A stretch of 63,447 nucleotides of DNA from a virus (IMGVR_UViG_3300048583_000179:1-63447), one strand, 5' to 3'; shown: positions 16,294 through 25,320, numbered from the stretch's first letter. Numbers and translations are program-made. Notes: a model not told the origin generated them from the letters alone.

Positions 16294-16761
16294 CTAGGCC
16301 AGTGGTACGGCCCCGTGGGCTAGGGGGTTGGTGGCCCCTGCCGTGGCGGGGTTGGTGGCCACCACATGCGCTGCGCACCCCGCACACCATGCGGCGGGCG
16401 CGCCCGGTGCCTTGCCACTGGGGCCGCCCGGCACATACACCCCCTGCTTGGCGGTGCCCCGCGTAAGGTACCCCACGGCGTACCCGTGGGTGCCGCACAC
16501 GTTTACCCACAGGGGGCTGCCACCAAACGGGCGCAACATGTAAATGGTGGCGCCCGTTTGCTGGCACTTGCGCACCGGGCGGGCAGTGGCGGGCATGCCC
16601 TTGCCCGTGGCCAGTGCGGCGGCAACCGTGGCCAACTGGGTAGCCGTGGGGGTGCTTGTGGTGGCCGTGGGGGCGGTTGCCGCCACTGGGGCCGGGGTTG
16701 CCACTGGGGTGGCCGTGGGGGCGGCAGGGGCCGCCGTGGGGGTGCTGCGCTGCTTGGCCAT
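16294..16761 (-). CDS. Asp/Glu-free Zn-finger-like immediate-early protein
   Basis: 155 aa with no D or E; VNVCGTHG...YVPGG...AWCAGCA; own promoter and CTAATAGGTAGGT leader. Confidence 0.82.
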   Translation of the reverse strand: MAKQRSTPTAAPAAPTATPVATPAPVAATAPTATTSTPTATQLATVAAALATGKGMPATARPVRKCQQTGATIYMLRPFGGSPLWVNVCGTHGYAVGYLTRGTAKQGVYVPGGPSGKAPGAPAAWCAGCAAHVVATNPATAGATNPLAHGAVPLA

Positions 16762-16803
16762 GTGTACCTACCTATTAGGGCGGGCGGCATTGCCCGCACC
16801 CCC

Positions 16804-16831
16804 AAGTTAACCCATTTGCAACACTACGCAA
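16804..16831 (-). promoter_or_regulatory. sigma70-like promoter TTGCGT-N16-TAACTT
   Basis: Repeated family; lies inside the TC/GA-free island. Confidence 0.6.
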
Positions 16832-17031
16832 GGGGTGCGGCGGCACCCCCCAGTTACCCCACCCCCCACCCCCAAAAACGCGGCCCGCCCGCCCGCTGCC
16901 AGTCAGACCCAGCCCATGCGCCGATTTGAAAAATCCAACCCCAAAGCCCGCATGACGATGTTCATTGGTCTATAAAGATAAACGGGAGCCCCAGAATCAG
17001 GGCTCCCCGATTTTCTACGAGAGTTTAGGTA

Positions 17032-17289
17032 CTACATTCGTGAGGCGAGCCAGACATTGTACAAGGCCCGAGCGATTCCGGTCACCAGTGCGTAGCCGAC
17101 AGTTAGGCCCGCACCGAGCACTACCGATATCGTAAAGAGCGCGAGGTTCGAGGCAACCACGGACGGCTTCCCCGCATCCGACAAAGTGCGAGCCTTCTTG
17201 ATAAGGTCTTGAAACTCCGTGTCGTTCATGTGTCGCTCCACGATGTGAAGGTGCCCCTGCGCATCAATGCGATAGCTATTCAGCTGCAT
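17032..17289 (-). CDS. Small membrane protein
   Basis: MQLNSYRID... with C-terminal hydrophobic helix. Confidence 0.55.
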   Translation of the reverse strand: MQLNSYRIDAQGHLHIVERHMNDTEFQDLIKKARTLSDAGKPSVVASNLALFTISVVLGAGLTVGYALVTGIARALYNVWLASRM

Positions 17290-17491
17290 AGAGGATTTCC
17301 TGGAGGGCGCGGTGCAAGTCCCCCAGAAGCTCATCCCGCTTCACCGGGGCACGGTTCACTAGGACGAAGGCTTGCGTCCGCTGATGCTTGGGCAGTGCAG
17401 CGACGATCAAGGGAAGCATCAATGCAACGGCTTTCCCGAAGTCTTTTCCACCAAGCTTCTCAGCCTCTTTGTACCCCGCCATGAAATCCAA
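17276..17491 (-). CDS. Hypothetical protein
   Basis: 71-aa ORF divergent from terS. Confidence 0.5.
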   Translation of the reverse strand: MDFMAGYKEAEKLGGKDFGKAVALMLPLIVAALPKHQRTQAFVLVNRAPVKRDELLGDLHRALQEILYAAE

Positions 17492-17564
17492 GAGCTTCTC
17501 CGGTAAGGGTTACCCCCAATATAGGCGTCTTGCCTCACGAGCGACAGGGTGTGTAGTTTGTAGC

Positions 17565-18407
17565 ATGCCCGACGAAAGTTCACTTATGCCGTATGGTGGC
17601 GACAACCCCTGTGGGGCGCAGGTTCGTAGCAACGACGCGAAGTACGACGTCTGTATGATGCCCGCCGGATATCGCACGGATCACGTAGGCGAAGGTCGCT
17701 GCTACCTTCACGGGGGTAATGCCCTCGTAAAGAGTGGCAGGTACAGCAAGATCCTCAAGGTGGAACTGCAGGAAGCGATTGAGCGGCATGCGAATGATCC
17801 GGACGTGCTCAACATGGAGCCGGAACTCGCCACGGCGCGAGCGCTGTTCGAAGACTTCATTAATCGGTACGACGAGAACTCGGAAGCGCTCCTCGCATGG
17901 CATCTCAGCTATAAAGACGTCCAGATCACACCCGAGCGGCACAAGCTCATTCAGTTCATCATAAAAGCCGCCGAACAGCACTTCGCGGACCTCGCAGGTC
18001 AAGGCGAGGAGGTCGAGGAGTGGAAAAAGGTGTGGCTGAAGGAAGCCAAGACGCTCGCGTACAAAATCGGCGAAAGTTTGTCGGAGAACCGCAAGCCTCC
18101 ATACATCATGGACATCGCCGACGGGTACAAGTTCTTGGCCGAAATCACCAAGATCGTCGAAAGGATTGAAAAGGTACGGGCGCAGAACGCCATTAGTCGA
18201 CGGAACTTCTTGCGGGTTATGAGCGAAATGGGCCGCGTCACCAACACGGTACTCGACGTCGCGGGCGGCTCCCTGCATGCGTTTGACGCCGACGGAAATC
18301 CTATTACGGTGTACGATTCTGAAGGTCGGCAGGTCAACTTCGTCGAAGTCTTCGAACGAGCGAAGGCTCGTATCCAGGATCAATGGCTGACGATCCGCGT
18401 CGAGTAA
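17565..18407 (+). CDS. Terminase small subunit (HGG Zn-motif type)
   Basis: PCGA...CMMPAGYRTDHVGEGRCYLHGG...SGRYSK; directly upstream of TerL; start re-called at ATG 17565. Confidence 0.7.
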   Translation: MPDESSLMPYGGDNPCGAQVRSNDAKYDVCMMPAGYRTDHVGEGRCYLHGGNALVKSGRYSKILKVELQEAIERHANDPDVLNMEPELATARALFEDFINRYDENSEALLAWHLSYKDVQITPERHKLIQFIIKAAEQHFADLAGQGEEVEEWKKVWLKEAKTLAYKIGESLSENRKPPYIMDIADGYKFLAEITKIVERIEKVRAQNAISRRNFLRVMSEMGRVTNTVLDVAGGSLHAFDADGNPITVYDSEGRQVNFVEVFERAKARIQDQWLTIRVE

Positions 18408-18709
18408 TGGGCCTCCCCGAACGGGTTAGCATCAATAAGAACAGCCCGTTCTATTTGCACGACATCCACATGATGTGGATCTATTTGAACGACGTGTTGG
18501 TGTCGGGGGTAGTCGAAGCCAATCGGCCGATGGGGTGGCTCATCAAGTACGAAACCGACGATCAAAATAGGTTGGTGCGCGACGCGAAGGGCAACCCCTG
18601 CCTCCGTCTCCTGCGGGGGAGGGTAGAGTTCAAGGTCAAGGTCTTCGCGCACGATCATCCAAAGGTATTCTTTAGTGACTACGCTCAAGGATCTACTAGG
18701 CAAGAATAA
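18407..18709 (+). CDS. Hypothetical protein
   Basis: ATG overlaps the terS stop. Confidence 0.6.
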   Translation: MGLPERVSINKNSPFYLHDIHMMWIYLNDVLVSGVVEANRPMGWLIKYETDDQNRLVRDAKGNPCLRLLRGRVEFKVKVFAHDHPKVFFSDYAQGSTRQE

Positions 18710-20234
18710 GCTTGGTAGTGAAAAGACGATGGTCGAGGGCGTGGCCGAGGCAATGCGCCAAGTTCGGTCACCCGGTCGTACGGATGGCGATCCAGGGGCC
18801 GACAGACCGCTCACGTTCATTGAGTTCGTCAATAAAGTGAATCCTCGGTTCGTGTGGCACAAGCACAACATCAAACTCGCCAACGTATTGCAGAAGGCAA
18901 TTGATGGGGGGTTCGGTCCACGGGCGCGCATTATGATCTGCATGCCGCCCCGTCATGGTAAGACGGAGGAAGTCAGTAAGCTTTTCGCCGGGTATTGGCT
19001 CTATCGGTACCCCGACGAGTGGGTGGGCCTCAGCACCTATGTCGCTGAGCTCAGCGCGGCGATCTCCAGCACGGCACAGGAATACTACGTCAAGGCGGAC
19101 GGCAAGCTGGACGAAAGTCATACCGCCTCTCGGCACTGGCAGACCTCATCTGGTGGCGGCATGTGGGCGGCGGGCGTCGGCGGTCCAATCACTGGTAAGG
19201 GCTTCAATCTTGGCATTATCGACGACCCGATCAAAAACGCCGAGGAAAGCAACTCGGAAACGATCGGTCAGCGCAATCAGGAATGGTATCAGTCAACGTT
19301 CTACACGCGCGAAGCGTTTAGCCATACCTGTATCATCGTGATGAATACCCGGTGGCCGGGGCCGGGCGACATCATTGGCTGGCTGTTCGAAAACGAGGAG
19401 CAAGCCATTATCGACGAAATGGTGGACGATGCCGAAAAGTGGCATTGTGTCATTCTACCTGCCATTTACGATCCGGACCAGTTCCCGACCCTACCAAGCA
19501 CCTGTACGCTAGAGCCCGACTGGCGTAAGCCGGGCGAGGCGCTCTTTCCCGAGCGGTACGGCACCGATCGGTTGCGCAAGATCAAACGGACACAGGGTAC
19601 GTATTACTGGGCCTCACTGTATCAGCAGAACCCGACGGACCGCGAAGGTCACCGCTTCAAGCGCATCTGGTTTCAAAACAAGTTTGTGGATCGGGCACCC
19701 GAAAGCTTCAGTAAGGATATCGCGTACTTTGACCACGGGGGCGGCGAAAACCGCGACAACGATCCCACGGTTGGCGTGCGCATGCGGCGGGTGAGTAGCA
19801 CCGAGTATTATATTGTAGACGTCGTTCGCAGAAAGCTGTCGCCAGAAAAGCGGGATCAGTTCATTCGGCAGACGGCCGAGCGGTGGGGCAAGAAGGTCAC
19901 CTACTGGGGGATGCAGGAAGGTGGCAGTGCGGGTAAGGATCAGGCGAGAACCTTCCGTGCGCTGCTTGAAGGGTTTGAGGTTTATACGGAACGGGTCACT
20001 GGGGAAAAGGATATCCGTGGCGATCCGTTCCAAGCGGCGTGCGAGGCAGGGTTTATTCATCTTGTGCGCGGGCCGTGGAATACTGAGTTCCTTGATGAGC
20101 TGGTAACCTTGTGGACAGGAAAACACGACGATCAGGGGGAGTGCGCGGCTGGAGCATACAACAAGCTGTCATTCCTATATCGCCGTAAGCGGAAGCCGCC
20201 CGGTAGTCGTAGCTACTCAACACTTGGGCACTGA
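18675..20234 (+). CDS. terL: Terminase large subunit
   Basis: Walker A MPPRHGKT, GIIDDPIKN, MNTRW, YQQNP, C-terminal GKHDDQ nuclease motif. Confidence 0.95.
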   Translation: MTTLKDLLGKNKLGSEKTMVEGVAEAMRQVRSPGRTDGDPGADRPLTFIEFVNKVNPRFVWHKHNIKLANVLQKAIDGGFGPRARIMICMPPRHGKTEEVSKLFAGYWLYRYPDEWVGLSTYVAELSAAISSTAQEYYVKADGKLDESHTASRHWQTSSGGGMWAAGVGGPITGKGFNLGIIDDPIKNAEESNSETIGQRNQEWYQSTFYTREAFSHTCIIVMNTRWPGPGDIIGWLFENEEQAIIDEMVDDAEKWHCVILPAIYDPDQFPTLPSTCTLEPDWRKPGEALFPERYGTDRLRKIKRTQGTYYWASLYQQNPTDREGHRFKRIWFQNKFVDRAPESFSKDIAYFDHGGGENRDNDPTVGVRMRRVSSTEYYIVDVVRRKLSPEKRDQFIRQTAERWGKKVTYWGMQEGGSAGKDQARTFRALLEGFEVYTERVTGEKDIRGDPFQAACEAGFIHLVRGPWNTEFLDELVTLWTGKHDDQGECAAGAYNKLSFLYRRKRKPPGSRSYSTLGH

Positions 20235-20245
20235 GGTTTTCGCCG

Positions 20246-20917
20246 ATGCGACATGGGAGCCGTATCCCGCACTGGGACACGCGAAATAGCGAGTATGATC
20301 TAGTAAGGCATGCGCCGGATCTAGCGCATCGCCCCCTAAGCGAACTCAAAGGGGTTCGCAAATATCAACAGCGGTGGTGGGGCCATCAAGTGAACGACAG
20401 TATGTCTATGGCATACGCGCTGCTTCACTTGATGAGCATGGACAACCCGCATCACCCTCCGTTTGGCCCGGCCCTGAACGTCAGCATTCTACACAGCAAG
20501 CTCATGTACGAGGATCGGATGCAGGGGCGCATCCACCTCAACGGGGCCACGCTGCTCTCGGCGTGCCGGGTAGCGCAGCGGTTGGACTGGGTGGGCGATT
20601 ACTACTGGGCGACCGACACACAGGCCGCTTTGAACTACCTGCACGACGTCGGCCCCTTGCTGTGCAGCACGAAGTGGTACGACTCACTGTTTGATCGGGA
20701 TCAGCATAGCTACTGCGAAATCCAGCCCGGCGCAACCGAAGTCGCGGGCCTCGTGTACTGCGTTAGCGGTATCTACCCCCGAACGGGGCTAGTCCGTCTT
20801 GCGCAGACGTGGGGCGATGGTTACTATTTCATGTCTTTTAATACGTTTGATCAGCTCGTAAGAGACGGTGGGGAAATCGCACTTCTGCGTGGCCTACCCA
20901 CAAGAGGTCAAGAATGA
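20246..20917 (+). CDS. Papain-like (C1) peptidase-fold protein, apparently inactive
   Basis: GAT..SAC, YYWA, GPLL...KWYDSLF, QTWG pattern with catalytic C/H/N replaced. Confidence 0.55.
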   Translation: MRHGSRIPHWDTRNSEYDLVRHAPDLAHRPLSELKGVRKYQQRWWGHQVNDSMSMAYALLHLMSMDNPHHPPFGPALNVSILHSKLMYEDRMQGRIHLNGATLLSACRVAQRLDWVGDYYWATDTQAALNYLHDVGPLLCSTKWYDSLFDRDQHSYCEIQPGATEVAGLVYCVSGIYPRTGLVRLAQTWGDGYYFMSFNTFDQLVRDGGEIALLRGLPTRGQE

Positions 20918-22737
20918 CTGCACCGTTTTTCAATTACAAGCAGCCGGGCGAAGTCAGCATCGCCATGGCGCAAACGCTGATCGGCGAGCATCTCTGGGAC
21001 GGGGCCAAGGTCAACGCGAAGTTCATGGAAGGCGACCATTGGCAAGAAGGGGTAGGCTGGATTGGCCCCATGCCAAACGCGACAGAGGAAGGGTACGCGG
21101 CCACCAAGGCGTTGATTGAAAAAGGGTTCATTAGCAAGAATGCCATCAAGGAAGTAGTTGATCGACACGTCAACGGCCTTCTAGGGTTGCCCCCCGAGTG
21201 GGGGTTTACTCCCATCAAGGCGTTGAAGGAAAACGAAGAGATCAGCCCCGCAGACCAAGCCCTCATTGACGAGGCCGAAGCGGCAGTCACTCAGTGGTGG
21301 GACAAGCGAGACGCCCACAATCTAATCAAGGACGTTGCGACCAAAGCCCTTTGGGCAGGTCGTGGACTGAGCCGCGTCTATGTTCCGAGTGGCCTGTTGG
21401 TTGACGTTGTGGTGGCTGCGCCGGACGGGCAAGCGACTACGATTCGGGGTGTGGCCGTCCCAAATGGGGATGTGAATAAGGCACTGGAGCTCATTTGGAT
21501 TGAGTCGCCTAAGCCCGATGTGAGCACCGTGTACGAGGTCTTCGAAACAAAAGAAGAAATCGGCATGGTGATTACCGCCCCAAGCGCGACCAGCACGGTC
21601 AACACGACGCTGTCCACGCAACAGCTAGAGCTCACCTACCTTGAAAAGCAAGCCATCGCTGACAAGGTTATGACGGTGCTCGCGCTGAAGCGGCTGGAGC
21701 AACAGGCCGAGAGCATCGTAAAGATGGACTTGGGCGGGCGCATCACGATGTTTGAAATGAAGCGCGAGCCGCTCATTACCGAGCAGGTTCAGTCCATGCA
21801 GCGGGCCATCAACCTCGCCATCAGCGTGGTGCCCCGCACGATCGTCACTGGAGGCTTCTTGGAGCGCATCATTCTCAACGGGCAAATGCCCGGCGAGTGG
21901 GTTGAGGATGCCAAGACCAAGGAGAAGCGGTTTGTGCCCGGAAAGCTCAGCATGGGCGCGGGCACGACGAATTTTATTTCGGGCGTTGAGCACGAGGACC
22001 AGAGCACTGGCACCACGAAGCTTGCCGACCCCGAAGTGGTTATTCGTGAGCCGACCGACCCGTCGTTCGCCGTCAAGGGTGAGCGGGCACTGTACCGCGA
22101 TCTGCTTGAGGAAGTGGACCAAGTTCACATCCTGATGAGTGCGGATGCGGTGGCAAGCGGTGTAGCCCGCGAACAAGCTCGCGTTGACTTTATGCTGAGC
22201 CTGAACAAGACTCGGCCGCAAGTTGAGGTCATGGGCCGCTGGATGCTTGAAACCGTGTTGGCCATGGCCGAGGTCTTCGCTGGCACGCCGGGCAAATACA
22301 CGAGCAAGCTCAAGGCATACTTCCGCTGCAAGCCGGACTTCGGGCCGATTAGTAGCGACGAGCGCAACCAGACGGTGCAGGAAGTTGAAAAAGGAATGAA
22401 GAGCCGTGAGCGCGGTATGAACGAGCTCGGGGTTGACGACGTTGACGCTGAGCTTGCAAAGATCAACAGCCAACCGGATGCCCAAGTTGACTTGGTCAAG
22501 CGACAGGGAGAAGCACTCAAGGCGCTCGTTGACGCTACCGTGCCCTTGGAAATCGCAATGGAGCTCGTTGGGTTTGATCCGGAAGTGGTTCAGAAGGCTG
22601 CCGCTAAGGCAGAAGAAGCCAAGCAAAAGGAGCTAGATGCTCAGGTTGAGATGGCCGAAGCGCAAGGGGCCATTGATACTGATAAGGCAGTGGCAACGGC
22701 CAAGGCGAAGCCCGCCGTTCCGCCTCCTGCTATGTAG
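20914..22737 (+). CDS. Portal protein
   Basis: 607 aa, between terminase and scaffold; GDHWQ..GWIGP, SKNAIKEVVDRH, SGVAREQAR motifs. Confidence 0.8.
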   Translation: MTAPFFNYKQPGEVSIAMAQTLIGEHLWDGAKVNAKFMEGDHWQEGVGWIGPMPNATEEGYAATKALIEKGFISKNAIKEVVDRHVNGLLGLPPEWGFTPIKALKENEEISPADQALIDEAEAAVTQWWDKRDAHNLIKDVATKALWAGRGLSRVYVPSGLLVDVVVAAPDGQATTIRGVAVPNGDVNKALELIWIESPKPDVSTVYEVFETKEEIGMVITAPSATSTVNTTLSTQQLELTYLEKQAIADKVMTVLALKRLEQQAESIVKMDLGGRITMFEMKREPLITEQVQSMQRAINLAISVVPRTIVTGGFLERIILNGQMPGEWVEDAKTKEKRFVPGKLSMGAGTTNFISGVEHEDQSTGTTKLADPEVVIREPTDPSFAVKGERALYRDLLEEVDQVHILMSADAVASGVAREQARVDFMLSLNKTRPQVEVMGRWMLETVLAMAEVFAGTPGKYTSKLKAYFRCKPDFGPISSDERNQTVQEVEKGMKSRERGMNELGVDDVDAELAKINSQPDAQVDLVKRQGEALKALVDATVPLEIAMELVGFDPEVVQKAAAKAEEAKQKELDAQVEMAEAQGAIDTDKAVATAKAKPAVPPPAM

Positions 22738-22740
22738 GTC

Positions 22741-22769
22741 TTGCGCATTATCCGCAGTCCTGTTATAGT
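22741..22769 (+). promoter_or_regulatory. sigma70-like promoter TTGCGC-N17-TATAGT for the head genes
   Basis: Near consensus in the intergenic gap. Confidence 0.65.
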
Positions 22770-22795
22770 TTCGTCTACTTCTTGGGAGAACGTGT

Positions 22796-23560
22796 ATGCG
22801 ACTCTGGGTCAGCCGGTTTCTTGACAAGGACGCTACGGGTGGCGGCGGCAACGCCCCGTCGCTCAGCGATGAGGATCTTCAAAAGAAGATAGAAGCGATC
22901 ATCAATCGTCAAGGTGGTGGCGATCCAATGGCGGCTATCGGCATCCTGCTGAAGGACAATGCCGATGTGCGTGCCAAGAACCGTAAGCTGGCTGAAGAGC
23001 TGACTCAGGCCAAGCCCTTCATTGTCAACGCTGAGGACAGTAAGATTCTTACCGAGTTCAAGAAGCTTGGCAAGACGCTTGAGGAACTTCAGCGGGAGTC
23101 CACCGAGCTCACCACCTTGCGCGAAACTCAACAGCGTAGTACGTTTAAGGAGCTGGTGAGTACCGCTGCCAAGGCGCACGGCTGGAACTCTGAAGTGCTG
23201 GAAGACCAGATCACACTCCGTGGCATGCACGTGGAAATGAAGGATGTACATGTCAAGAACGGTGACAAGACTGAAGTGCGCCGTGTGCCCTATGTACGGC
23301 CGAAGAGCGATGCCTCTGCTCCGCTGCAAAGCGCAGAAGAGTGGGTGGCTACGCTTCCAAAGCCGTACCTTGACGCCCTCAAGGTAGGGACGCAGGACAC
23401 CGGTGAATCCGCGCAAGGCACGACCGTAGTAACGCAGTTCCCGTCCCAATCTTCGGCGGATCGGCAAGGCCAACCCCGACTGGTGGACAATCTACTCAAG
23501 ACGCAGTATGTCCCGCCCAAGGTGGGCATTACTGCGCCGACTGCCACTCAAGGAGCCTGA
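22796..23560 (+). CDS. Capsid scaffolding protein
   Basis: Coiled-coil protein between portal and capsid genes. Confidence 0.7.
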   Translation: MRLWVSRFLDKDATGGGGNAPSLSDEDLQKKIEAIINRQGGGDPMAAIGILLKDNADVRAKNRKLAEELTQAKPFIVNAEDSKILTEFKKLGKTLEELQRESTELTTLRETQQRSTFKELVSTAAKAHGWNSEVLEDQITLRGMHVEMKDVHVKNGDKTEVRRVPYVRPKSDASAPLQSAEEWVATLPKPYLDALKVGTQDTGESAQGTTVVTQFPSQSSADRQGQPRLVDNLLKTQYVPPKVGITAPTATQGA

Positions 23561-23563
23561 TCC

Positions 23564-24187
23564 ATGGCACGTGACATGCAGATCCGCGGCCCGTACCTCA
23601 CTGCTCCGCAGTGGGCGGGTAGCGACCTTGGAGATCACGATCTCCTGCCGGGCGGAGCGAAGGTTCTCGCTTCCGCGTTCAACGCGCCCGATGCCGTCGT
23701 CGTGACGGTGGGTGCTGCGGGTGCCCTCGCCGCTGCGACTTCCGTTCCGGTGGACGCGCTGTCCGGCGCGATTCCGTCGGGCACGGTGCTGCACTTCGGC
23801 ACCAACAAGTTCGCCGTTCTCACGGCTGCTGCCGCTGCGGGTGCAACCTCCCTCGCGGTGACCGCCATTCCCACCGCACTGGTGGACAACGACACCGCGA
23901 CGTATGCGGGCGTTCAGCGCAAGAGCCTTCCCTCGGGCACCATCGTGGGCCGCACCATCGCCGAGCGCGATGCGGGCACTGCGTTTGGCCCGGCGGCGTC
24001 CACTGACGACGAGGTCTATATCGTCGCCTTCGAGGTGCCGGACATCACTCAGGTGAACGACGTGGACCTCGTGCTGCACAAGCGCGTCGTCTTCGAGAAC
24101 TTCCTGCCCGGCTGGACTGGGCTCGCCTCGCTGCTCAAGGACAAGGTCCGGGAGCTCTACCACTGCACTGTCGGCTTCGACTACTAA
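23564..24187 (+). CDS. Head decoration / cement protein
   Basis: Ala-rich, highly biased codons, immediately before MCP; PSGTIVGRT motif. Confidence 0.7.
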   Translation: MARDMQIRGPYLTAPQWAGSDLGDHDLLPGGAKVLASAFNAPDAVVVTVGAAGALAAATSVPVDALSGAIPSGTVLHFGTNKFAVLTAAAAAGATSLAVTAIPTALVDNDTATYAGVQRKSLPSGTIVGRTIAERDAGTAFGPAASTDDEVYIVAFEVPDITQVNDVDLVLHKRVVFENFLPGWTGLASLLKDKVRELYHCTVGFDY

Positions 24188-24210
24188 GTCGGCCGGGGAG
24201 ACACTGAGCA

Positions 24211-25305
24211 ATGGATCTCGGAACTCTGGTCACTCGGCTGCGGGATGAAGGTCAACTCCGCGACCTGACCAACGATCGCCGGGTGCAGTTCGGCACCCAG
24301 ACCCGTCGCTACCTCGGAGCTACCCTGCTCCCGGAGCGCATGGTCGAAGAGAACATGTACGAGGAGACGCAGGTGCGGTACCGCACCCTCGTCGCCAACA
24401 GCGGCTCGCGGTACAGCCCTGTGCAGAAGAAGCGTGGTTCGCTCATCGGTAACTTCGATGTCAAGCTGGCCGATAGCGATATCGGTGACGAGCTGACGTC
24501 GCGGGATCACGATGCGCTGATCAAGCTGCTTCAGTCAAACCGTAGCATGGACGCGATGGCTTCTATGCTCAACTGGGTGGACGCGGCGCTCAACCGCCCG
24601 CTGCTCGAGTGGAACGAGAAGGCTCGCTGGGACGCCATCGTCAACGCTGCCGTGGAACTTCGCGGCAACAACAAGTACGAGGAGACCGTCAACTACAGCA
24701 ACCCGGCAGGTCACCGGGCCAATGCTGCGGGCACGTGGAGCACCGACGCCTACGACCCGTTTGACGACATCTTCGCGATGGCGACGCTGATGCAGGACAA
24801 GGGCTACACCCTTGGCCGTATCATCACGAGCCGCACCGTGCTGAACATCATGGCGGGCAACGACAAGGTTCGTACCCGCACGGGCGTCGTCAAGGTCAAC
24901 GCTGCGTCTGGCAACTTCGTTGTCAGCGGCAGCCGGGCCTCGTGGATGCAGATCAACGGTGCGCTCGCCGAAAACGGACTGCCGCCGATCGAGATCTACG
25001 ACGAGCTGTACCGTACGAACACGGGCACCGGGCGCTTCCTGCCGAACAACGTGATGGTGCTGATCGCGGCCACGGGCCGTGACGAGCTCATCGACCTCGG
25101 CGACGCCTCGCAGAACATCCTGCTCCCCAACGTGCTCGGCTACACCGCGATCGGTCGCGCGGCGGGCCAGTCGTCGGCGGGCCGGGTGATCCGCACCGAG
25201 CGGTACGAGAGCAAGCCGCCCCGTATCGAGGGCGAGGGTTGGCAGACCAGCCTCCCGGTCATTCTTGACCCCGAGGCGATCTGCGTCATCAAGGCGATCG
25301 CGTAA
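24211..25305 (+). CDS. Major capsid protein (lambda gpE-like)
   Basis: 364 aa, strongest codon bias; WS....DPFDDI and C-terminal QTSLPVILDPEAI. Confidence 0.88.
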   Translation: MDLGTLVTRLRDEGQLRDLTNDRRVQFGTQTRRYLGATLLPERMVEENMYEETQVRYRTLVANSGSRYSPVQKKRGSLIGNFDVKLADSDIGDELTSRDHDALIKLLQSNRSMDAMASMLNWVDAALNRPLLEWNEKARWDAIVNAAVELRGNNKYEETVNYSNPAGHRANAAGTWSTDAYDPFDDIFAMATLMQDKGYTLGRIITSRTVLNIMAGNDKVRTRTGVVKVNAASGNFVVSGSRASWMQINGALAENGLPPIEIYDELYRTNTGTGRFLPNNVMVLIAATGRDELIDLGDASQNILLPNVLGYTAIGRAAGQSSAGRVIRTERYESKPPRIEGEGWQTSLPVILDPEAICVIKAIA

Positions 25306-25320
25306 CACAACGGAGCGGCT

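Larger units (their letters stand above)
16060..16903. other. 844-bp island with no TC or GA dinucleotide
   Basis: Read line by line: last TC at 16059-16060, next at 16903-16904, no GA in between. Confidence 0.93.

Noticed and set aside
16060-16903. TC/GA-free island as low-complexity sequence or an assembly artefact
   Set aside because: It contains a promoter, leader motif and a gene homologous to another gene in the genome; all four bases are well used; a second similar unit exists at 13398-13874
15948-16929. Plus-strand ORFs across the TC-free island
   Set aside because: Absence of TGA and high GC keep frames open; only the minus-strand ORF has a promoter, leader and paralog
17388-17564. 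N-terminal extension of terS in the ORF track
   Set aside because: It overlaps the divergent 17276-17491 gene and a promoter; ATG 17565 is the better start
21625-25308. Long antisense ORFs opposite the portal, decoration and capsid genes (also 52308-53309 and 56823-57542)
   Set aside because: Shadow ORFs from GC3-biased codons; no RBS or recognisable motifs
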